Shown here piece after piece: positions 17,443-25,800 of a stretch of DNA of 64,000 nt. Position 1 is the first letter of the stretch, and every line of letters begins with the position of its first letter. Where the stretch lies: NCBI GenBank assembly GCA_965234725.1, contig CBDDUX010000008.1, positions 1 to 64,000 on the forward strand, read 5' to 3'. The translations under genes and the position numbers were made by a program. The DNA is from Thermoplasmatota archaeon (GTDB lineage Archaea; Thermoplasmatota; Penumbrarchaeia; Penumbrarchaeales; Penumbrarchaeaceae). The notes under the pieces are model-generated. The model was not told the DNA's origin. It ran no database searches and worked only from the letters and a program-made list of their open reading frames with translations.

Positions 17443-19236
17443 ATGGAAGAAGAGGTCAAATATCTCAAATTCAAGACAAAGTTGAATACATACTGTCCCC
17501 ACTGCAATATGGGATTGAACAAGATCGATAATGATGGTGATTGGATCACCCTGGAGGGGTCATACAAGAAGAAAGACCTCATCATTCAGCTGAGCCCGTA
17601 CCTTGATGTTTTCGACAAGAAGCTTTCCTCATCCATGAGGGAGGGAGAATATGTGGAGGACCTCAGATGTCCCCACTGCAAGAACAGTCTGATGATCGAT
17701 GACATGAAGTGTGGTGAATGCAGTTCAGATCTTGGAAAGGTAATAATTTCCGCATATTCCAAATTGATACCATTCTTCATTTGTTCAAAGTACGGTTGCG
17801 AGTGGCACGGCTTGACACCCATGGATGAGGCCAAGATCAAGCTGAAGATCCCCAGGCAGGAGATGCCAGAACAAGACCAGTTGATCAGGATACATACATT
17901 CCAGGAGGTCCCATACGGTCTCACGACAGAGCTGGCACAGCTCGAGGCAGGACGGTGCCTCCAGTGTTTAAAACCCAGATGCGTGGAGGGCTGTCCTGTT
18001 AATGTGGACATTCCGGCCTTCATCAAATGTATCAGAGAAGAGGATATCGCCGGAGCGGCCTTGAAGATCAAGGAGAGGAACCTTCTTCCTGCTGTTTGCG
18101 GAAGGGTATGTCCTCAGGAGGACCAATGCGAGGGCAGATGTGTCCTGGGGATCAAGGACAAACCAGTGGCCATAGGAAATCTGGAGAGATACGTGGCAGA
18201 CTTTTCCAGGAGGATGAACCTGGAAAAAATCCCAAAGATCGAGGAGAGGAGAGATCAGAAGGTCGCTGTGGTCGGTTCCGGACCAGGGGGTCTGACATGT
18301 GCGTACGACCTGACATTGCTAGGATATCATGTAACTATCTTCGAGGCATTCCACGACGCCGGAGGTGTCCTGGTCTACGGGATTCCCGAGTTCAGATTAC
18401 CCAAGGCGATCGTCAAGCATGAGATAGAGTTCCTGAAGAAGCTGGGATGCAGGATAGAGCTGAACCATGTGATCGGCAAGATACTTACCCTCGATGAGCT
18501 GAAAAAAGAGTTCAATGCGATATATGTCGGGGTGGGAGCCGGACTACCCAAGTTCATGGGTATAGAAGGGGAGAACCTCTGCAACGTGGTCTCTTCAAAC
18601 GAATACCTTACCCGGATCAATCTGATGAAAGCGTACCGGTTTCCCGAATACGATACACCTTTACCCAAAGGAGAGAATGTCGTGGTAGTGGGGGGGGGAA
18701 ACGTTGCCATGGACTGTGCCAGGTCTGCATTGAGGACCGGAGCGGAAGTGACTATAATTTACAGAAGATCTCGGAAGGAGCTTCCCGCCAGGAATGAGGA
18801 GATCAGGCATGCGGAGGAGGAGGGGATCAAGTTCAAGCTCCTTACAAATCCCGTCAAGTACATAGGTGACGATAACGGTTGGGTAAAGGGGGTGGATTGC
18901 GTCAGGATGAAGCTCGGAGAACCTGATTCCACAGGAAGAAGAAAACCGGTTCCGATCGATGGTTCCGATTTCATCCATGACTGTGACCTGGTGGTAGTCG
19001 CAATAGGCACAGGTCCAAATCCCATTATCTTCGAGACGTCTAAGGATATCGAGAGGAACAAGTGGGGATATATTGTGGTAAATGAGGATACCATGGCAAC
19101 ATCCAAGGATATGGTCTTTGCTGGCGGGGATATCGTAACAGGTTCCGCCACTGTCATCCAGGCGATGGGGGCGGGAAGGATCGCCGCCAACAATATACAT
19201 GAGAAACTGAACAAGAAAAAGGGAAAGAAAAAGTGA
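17443..19236 (+). CDS. nfnB: NfnB/SudA-like large subunit with a ~135-aa Cys-rich N-terminal extension
   Basis: RCLQC..CVEGCP, CGRVCPQEDQCE, GSGPGG, YGIPEFRLP, GGGNVAMD, GGDIVTG; GAGGTGA RBS. Confidence 0.92.
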   Translation: MEEEVKYLKFKTKLNTYCPHCNMGLNKIDNDGDWITLEGSYKKKDLIIQLSPYLDVFDKKLSSSMREGEYVEDLRCPHCKNSLMIDDMKCGECSSDLGKVIISAYSKLIPFFICSKYGCEWHGLTPMDEAKIKLKIPRQEMPEQDQLIRIHTFQEVPYGLTTELAQLEAGRCLQCLKPRCVEGCPVNVDIPAFIKCIREEDIAGAALKIKERNLLPAVCGRVCPQEDQCEGRCVLGIKDKPVAIGNLERYVADFSRRMNLEKIPKIEERRDQKVAVVGSGPGGLTCAYDLTLLGYHVTIFEAFHDAGGVLVYGIPEFRLPKAIVKHEIEFLKKLGCRIELNHVIGKILTLDELKKEFNAIYVGVGAGLPKFMGIEGENLCNVVSSNEYLTRINLMKAYRFPEYDTPLPKGENVVVVGGGNVAMDCARSALRTGAEVTIIYRRSRKELPARNEEIRHAEEEGIKFKLLTNPVKYIGDDNGWVKGVDCVRMKLGEPDSTGRRKPVPIDGSDFIHDCDLVVVAIGTGPNPIIFETSKDIERNKWGYIVVNEDTMATSKDMVFAGGDIVTGSATVIQAMGAGRIAANNIHEKLNKKKGKKK

Positions 19237-19299
19237 TGATATCTCCCTGTAACCACTAAATTAATAACAGGTCAATTCCTAACTCGGAAAGGTAGCTCC

Positions 19300-20367
19300 A
19301 TGGATCCTCTATCATTAGTGCCAGTTCCGGGAATATTCTCCCTAGATGGATCGGGAATATTGGGTTCCTTGAAATGGTGGGATATTGCCTTCTTCTTTCC
19401 ATCACTGGTCCTGATGGGGATCGGATACGCTGAAAGAGGGAAATGGACCAGGGTGATAAGAGGTATAGGAATGGTCTTCTTCGGATTTTTCTGGTTCACA
19501 CAGGTCAGTGTTTACCTTGACCCCGGGCATACCGATCTCATTAACGGGATCATGTCGTTGTTGGGGGGATTCTTCTTCCTTTTCATCGGATTCCAGTTCT
19601 TCCTGGATCATGTATGGAACGAGAGGACGAAGTCGATAGAATGGCTTCTACGGACCTCATTCCTGACCGGTGGTGCCTACTTTGTCCTTGAACACATCCC
19701 TTTAAGCCAGGGAGCTTTGATCTATATTGTGGCATGGCCGACATACTGGATATTAAGATTGTTCGGGCACAATGTGATCATCCATGACAATTTTCCGACC
19801 GAGGTCGGAGGTGGCATTACGATCACCTCCGGTGATCCAGGAGCGGACCTTGCCATAAGGATCGTTTTCGCCTGCACTGCTGCACTGGCATTATTCCTTT
19901 TCACTGCAGCTGTTCTTGCTGTGAAAACCAATAGGAAAGAATGGGAGGGGTGGGCGAGGAAGGAATTGAAAAGGACCGAAGGAGCAAAAAGCTTCTGGAC
20001 GAAAGGGAAGAGGAACAGCATCAAGAACATCTTGAGGATGACGGATGGTCAGAGGAAGATATATGCCATCGCTGTTGTGGTTCCTCTGATCTTCTTTTCG
20101 AACCTCTTTAGGAATGTTGCTGTGATCGCGGCCACATTCACCGGGACCTTGTCGTTCTATGATGCCCACAACATCTATGCCAAGATACTGTCCCTTGTGA
20201 TGATGATATTCCTCACATGGCTGCTTTTCGAGCTGCTTCCAGAGCTTCAGGAGGATGTGATGGGCCTCTTTGACCTAACAAAGAGAGTGAAGAAAGGCAT
20301 GATGAAGGACGGAAGATTGGACCTGAAATACATTCAGAGGACCGGTAGTGGTAAGGGTAGAGGGTAA
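19300..20367 (+). CDS. Archaeosortase (exosortase/archaeosortase family)
   Basis: Multi-pass membrane protein with Cys (IVFACTA), Arg (NLFRN) and His (DAHN) triad. Confidence 0.82.
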   Translation: MDPLSLVPVPGIFSLDGSGILGSLKWWDIAFFFPSLVLMGIGYAERGKWTRVIRGIGMVFFGFFWFTQVSVYLDPGHTDLINGIMSLLGGFFFLFIGFQFFLDHVWNERTKSIEWLLRTSFLTGGAYFVLEHIPLSQGALIYIVAWPTYWILRLFGHNVIIHDNFPTEVGGGITITSGDPGADLAIRIVFACTAALALFLFTAAVLAVKTNRKEWEGWARKELKRTEGAKSFWTKGKRNSIKNILRMTDGQRKIYAIAVVVPLIFFSNLFRNVAVIAATFTGTLSFYDAHNIYAKILSLVMMIFLTWLLFELLPELQEDVMGLFDLTKRVKKGMMKDGRLDLKYIQRTGSGKGRG

Positions 20368-20393
20368 AATCGGTTTTTCGATCCTTCCATTTT

Positions 20394-22682
20394 TCAATCA
20401 GCATTCTTCCTTATATAGACCACCAGTCCCAACATGATGATGCAAACCAGGATCAAAATAATTATAAAAACAGGGAAAACAAAAGACCTTGCTTCATCAT
20501 TGTCATTGACCTCCAATCTGACATATCCCACATTGGCATTCTCGATGCTGCCTGTCATGAACTGATCATCCAATTCGATCACATTGTTATCCGGGTCCAG
20601 TTCAACCCTGTAACCAGTGGTCTCAGATCGTGTTGTGAAATTACCATTGATCATAACGGATTCTCCAGGCCCCATCGGTTCGATCTCGGTCCTGGAGATC
20701 TCTTCACTTCCTGAATAGAACGCAATAAAGGATCCTCTTGAATACCAATCTCCTGGATTGGAGACACTGACCGAGAAGAAGACCTTCCGGTCCATTTCCG
20801 AAGAGTTGATAGGACTACCATTTTCATCGGTGAGAATAATTTCACCCTGGAATTCAAGGTCCGGGTACAGGACCTCTACAATCAAGTTTATTGGTTCTAT
20901 TGGGTTGATATCCTCACAGTGGAGGAAGATCCCCATCTCATATACATTTAAAATCTCTCTTCCACCACCATCCGGTGATGAGATGATGTACCCCATCCAG
21001 ATTACTCCTCCGGGTTCGATCAGGATCGGTCTCGACATCTCCTGTTCTGTCCTGAATCTGTAACCTATATCATCAGTGAAGGACCTGGTATCTACGAGGG
21101 CTTGTCCTTCTTCCAGACCAAGATAATGAAGAGGTTGGATATCCATTGATATCCATTCAGGGATCGCACCCCAACCCTTGTCCAGGGAGCTGCTTGTAAA
21201 AGTTTCGCCTGCTCTTGTCATCTTCAAGATATCCAAGTTGAAGTTACTTTGAGTATTCCCGTTGTTCCTGATACCGATGACAATTCTCCTTTGCTCCCCG
21301 GGCCCTATATCCAGGTAACCATCCTCTATCTGATCCGGAGATATGAGTTCCAGTTCCTTTTTCTCCTGGACCATCAAAGTAAGGTTGACCAGAAGTGGAT
21401 CGAAATAGAAAGGGTCTATCAAAACCTGGATATCGATTGGTCCCGGAGGGGTATCGTTTGCAACCTCGAATTCCATGTCGATGGTCTTTGATGACCTTCC
21501 AGGTATTTTCATTCTGTAGAGGTCCTCACCTGTCTCATTGAAAGCCATGAATTCTATCCCTTTGGGATCGAGGAGGTAAACATCCTCTATCAGGTCCTCG
21601 GACCATCCGGTGTTGTTGACGGTAATATTGTATTCCAGTTTCTCCCCCGGTGTGATGTTGATCGGATCATTGAAATCGGTTTCGACCGAGAGGACACTGT
21701 ATTTCTCCCCAATTACAGTGATTATATCCGACCACATGAAATAATTGGTTTCTTTGAAACGTCCAATATATCTGAACTGGTAGACATCATCCTCCCCTGT
21801 CCATTCCAGAGGTAATCTGAACTTCAGGTCCCTTTCGACGGTCTCACCTTGTTTTATTTCAACTTCCATCCGGGTCCAGCTGAATTCAAGGAAGGGTTCA
21901 TAACTCTGGTATAGATTCTCGAACTTCCTGAGACTTGTGATCCAGAAATTGTTCATCTCAACAGTAACCTCCACAGTTATCACATCCTTGTTGCCCAGAT
22001 TGGTCATATCCATCGGAATGGTTAGCCACTCTCCCGGTCTGGAATAGTAGATCGTCGGGTGATTTAGATGAATTGACATACCATCCACATGACCAACAAC
22101 GATTGTTATCTCATCATGATCTATGGATTTGTTTTGATCTCCACCATTTTCCGATTCAGCTTTTATTATAACAGGAACCTGGGTAATCCTAGTTGCATCG
22201 ATCGGGGCCCAAACATGCACTATCAATGTCGTGAATGAAATACCACTGTGGAGGTCCCTCTGGTGGACCGATGTCAGGTTTACCTCCATGGAAGACGTAC
22301 CTGTTTCCTTGATATACCATCTCCATCCTGCATCCATGGGGGGATCGTTCAGTTCGATATGGTAACTATCGTTCACAGACCCAATGTTGGAGATCAGAAC
22401 CCAGAAATCTGCCTCCTCTCCTCCCTCCATCGCCGTCCATTTCTTTTCATACAATGGATCCAAAGGATCGTTGGATGGTTCGATCATGAACTGTATGTCG
22501 AGGTCCTTCTCGATGACATCATTCCGAGTGGGTCCTTTTTCATTTTCCCCCCACACTTCATCTATATCCCCTAGTCCCTCTTCTGCAATAACGAATGGGA
22601 GCGATGAAATAATGCTCGATATGATGATGGCTGCTAGGAATGTCCTTTTCACAGGTACAATGCAACGGGTCCTGGTCGACAT
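20394..22682 (-). CDS. Secreted Ig-like/CARDB-repeat surface protein with a C-terminal TM anchor
   Basis: Signal peptide; repeated V.N.G motifs; CARDB-like LDPDNNVIELDD; C-terminal hydrophobic helix followed by RK. Confidence 0.82.
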   Translation of the reverse strand: MSTRTRCIVPVKRTFLAAIIISSIISSLPFVIAEEGLGDIDEVWGENEKGPTRNDVIEKDLDIQFMIEPSNDPLDPLYEKKWTAMEGGEEADFWVLISNIGSVNDSYHIELNDPPMDAGWRWYIKETGTSSMEVNLTSVHQRDLHSGISFTTLIVHVWAPIDATRITQVPVIIKAESENGGDQNKSIDHDEITIVVGHVDGMSIHLNHPTIYYSRPGEWLTIPMDMTNLGNKDVITVEVTVEMNNFWITSLRKFENLYQSYEPFLEFSWTRMEVEIKQGETVERDLKFRLPLEWTGEDDVYQFRYIGRFKETNYFMWSDIITVIGEKYSVLSVETDFNDPINITPGEKLEYNITVNNTGWSEDLIEDVYLLDPKGIEFMAFNETGEDLYRMKIPGRSSKTIDMEFEVANDTPPGPIDIQVLIDPFYFDPLLVNLTLMVQEKKELELISPDQIEDGYLDIGPGEQRRIVIGIRNNGNTQSNFNLDILKMTRAGETFTSSSLDKGWGAIPEWISMDIQPLHYLGLEEGQALVDTRSFTDDIGYRFRTEQEMSRPILIEPGGVIWMGYIISSPDGGGREILNVYEMGIFLHCEDINPIEPINLIVEVLYPDLEFQGEIILTDENGSPINSSEMDRKVFFSVSVSNPGDWYSRGSFIAFYSGSEEISRTEIEPMGPGESVMINGNFTTRSETTGYRVELDPDNNVIELDDQFMTGSIENANVGYVRLEVNDNDEARSFVFPVFIIILILVCIIMLGLVVYIRKNAD

Positions 22683-22849
22683 ATAGCTCTCCCCTATGTC
22701 AAGAACCCCTGCGAAGCCTATAAATCCATTACTGTTCAGAGGTGGAAATGAAGATTCATTGGATTGGTCAATAAATGGTGAAAATATAATTCAGATCTTG
22801 ATCCACCAGGATCTCCACTAAACAAATATCAGAAAAATAATAATAAAAT

Positions 22850-22878
22850 TGAAGGGGGGATTGTTTATCCCCCCTTCA
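22850..22878 (-). terminator. Stem-loop terminator candidate
   Basis: TGAAGGGGGGAT-5nt-ATCCCCCCTTCA perfect 12-bp stem 15 bp after the stop at 22894; T-rich tail on the minus strand. Confidence 0.7.
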
Positions 22879-22893
22879 TATCTCGGTGTTTGT

Positions 22894-25800
22894 TTAATCC
22901 TCTTCCACACCGGAGGTCATATCCGAAAGGATATCCTGGAGGCTTTTTCCGTCTTCATGCTTTGTCTTGTCCTCGACGATATCCGCATAGTTTTCAGCGG
23001 CAATGGTCTCCGCTGCCACCAGGTTCATCCAATCGTCTTCGGACCCTTCCTCGGTAAGGGTGGTCCGCTCCACCTCGGCAGGGTGGGTCTGCCCATCATC
23101 CACATCATCAGGGAGGCTTCCTGAATCCACTCCCTTTGTTTTCGAGGTAATGCCCAGTGGTTGTGGTGCTACAGGTCGGAATCCTTCTCCGCCACCTGAT
23201 GCGGCAATCTCTTCCTCCAGCCTGTCAAGTTCCTCTGTACTATCCGATACTGGTTTCTTTTCCCCGCCCTTCTTGATCACCATGAAATAGATCACTGCAA
23301 CCACCACAAGAAGGAGGATGATTAGGATCGCCGCCATGATGAAATAGAGTCCGTAATCCGTTTCCTCATCCTCGGTTTTTTCATCTGCTACAGGTGGAAT
23401 GACCTGGATCAATACAGTGATCGTTCTTTTAACATCGAAGGTTGAGTTAAAATAGAATGTGAGATTGTAATTCCCAACCGGTGTCGCCTCTGAGATATCA
23501 AGGGTACCTATCTTGGCTTTGGTCTCTCCAACACCGACCTCGAAGGAAGGTCCTCCCACCCAGCTGAACGAACCCATTCCTTCAATATCGTATGTCAAGG
23601 TAAGAACAGCTGAATTTTGACCTGTGTTCTCCACATTGAAATCGATGGGTATCCCAAGGGTTCCATAGGCCCTGATCAGCTTTTCACTGGGAGTGGTCAC
23701 CTCGAAGGAGTATGAGGACTCCTGGCTGACAGCGAAGGATTTGATGCCGTTGGTGGCATTTCCCGCCCATTGATTCCTTGCAATTGGAACAACTGTCCAG
23801 TACCAGGTCCCGTGGGTGACGAAAAGTGGGTTGTAGAATCTTTCCACTCTCTCGATCTTTATACTTTCATCCAGGTTCTCCACCAGGCTCCTGTCCTTAT
23901 CGATGTAGAGGTAGTAGAGGACATCCTCCGGAAGGAAGAAGTCAAGGGTCCAGTTTAGCTCCACGTCTTCAGGATCGGTGAAGACCTCGTTTTCATCCGG
24001 CCCGTAGAGTGTAACCATGGGGAACCTGAGATCCGTATCTACCCGTATGTTGTATGCCGGGGATTCCTTGACGTTTCCGGCATTGTCAAGGATCCTGAAC
24101 TGCAGGAAGTTCTCCTCTGAGTCGGAAAGTTTAGGTATGCTTTTCTTTCCCAGACCCATTGTGAATTCCATGGAATCTTCCGCGAAATCGGTCCATAGTT
24201 CAGAGAGGTCCTTCCAGGCATTCGTACCTGTCCACATGGCCTCGGAGTTGAGACCATCGTTGGTGAACCTGTATCTGATGGTAAGGGAGTCCAATTGTGA
24301 ACCACCCGTATCCGTTACCTTGACATCCACATCAAGTTCAGTGTATGGGATCATCTGGTCAAGGTCTGGGCTGACTATCTCGAAGACAGGGATCTCGGTG
24401 TCTATGGTTATGGATGAGTTGAATGATTGTCCGATGTTGCCCACATTGTCCTCCGTCCACATGAAAACCGTATGGGTTCCGTTGGAGGGCAGTTCGATTA
24501 TCTTCTCATTTCCGGTGACCGGGTTCCCATCCCTGGTCCCACCGTTGTCTTCGAGAGACCAGTAATGGGTGAATATTCCGGATTCGCTGACGCCCGAGGA
24601 CATCCAACTGAGGTATACTTCCATATCATTGTCGAACTTGGTGTGGGTATCATCGAACCTATCCGCATGTATAATGACTGTCGTTGGGGGAAGAGGCACC
24701 TCTCCATCAACAGAAAGCCAGTATTCCTTGTGAAGGTCCTCGTCATCCTCGTAAACACCTGTTACGTTCAATATATAGGTGACATTCGTATAGGTCCTGT
24801 TGGGAGCCGCGAAATCGAATTCGACCGGTTCTCCGGATATCACATCAAGGTCCCATGTCCTGTAGACTTCCTTTAAGAGGATATTGTCCACATTGGGAAC
24901 ATACCTTCCCTCGCCTAACTTCATCTGGTAGGAATCTGCCGGAGGGAAGACCGAAGTGGTCCCTGCGTATTTGACCATGGGTCCGCTGAAAGTGAGAGGT
25001 TCAAAGGTCTGGACCCAGTCTCCTCTGGATATCTCGCCCTGTATCTCCCCTTCTAAGGATATCTCGTCAGCTATTTCGATCCTGTTGCGGACGTTGAGGA
25101 AATTCCGAACCTCTAGGAAATCGGGACCCACATTGATCCCCCTTGCCTCGACAGAGACCTTTTTGTCCACATCATTGGGTCTGGATGAGAAGTTCCAGTG
25201 GAACAATACTTCCGCTTCAATTGTCATGGAGTTCCCATCCCATTCCGTATCGAGATTGGTGACCTCTGCGACATCGTTGGGATCAGATTCCCTCCAGCTA
25301 TCTGCCGTATGGTTGTAAATTATCTTGTAGGTGCCGTCCCTGTGAAGGAATGACATGGTCACATCCGCTAGGTCACTCGGACCGTTAACGGTCTTGACCT
25401 CGGTCGAGAACTTGTATGGTTTGAGCATGGCATATGCAGTCCTCAACCCCTCCTGGGGATTATCGAATTTGATCTTCTGGATGGAGAGTCTGTACGGCAT
25501 TCCTATCTTCCAGATGCCGTCCTTTGCTCCTCCGCCGTATATCCAGAGGTCCCTGGTCTCAGGAAGGAAGATATGCGATTGTCCATTAAGGGTTCCCGGA
25601 TTGATGTCAGGGTCCATATTATACCAGGCATCCTCAAGGATCCTGTATCTCTTGATGACGTAATCGTCCCCTCCCGTGAGGTATAGTTCCTTGGTCAGAG
25701 GGTCATAATCCAGTTTCGGAGATATCATGGAAGAAGTTAGGGACTGGAGCTCCGTCCATTTCATCGTATTGAAATCGAACTCCCAGAGGTCCCTGTAATC

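Noticed and set aside
17443-19236. Annotation as glutamate synthase small subunit (gltD)
   Set aside because: It is paired with an NfnA/SudB gene and no glutamate synthase large-subunit domains are nearby.
10040-19260. Many long antisense and alternate-frame ORFs in the ORF track, here and opposite uvrA, rocD, purH and the RPA genes
   Set aside because: They are shadows of well-supported genes and show no recognisable motifs.
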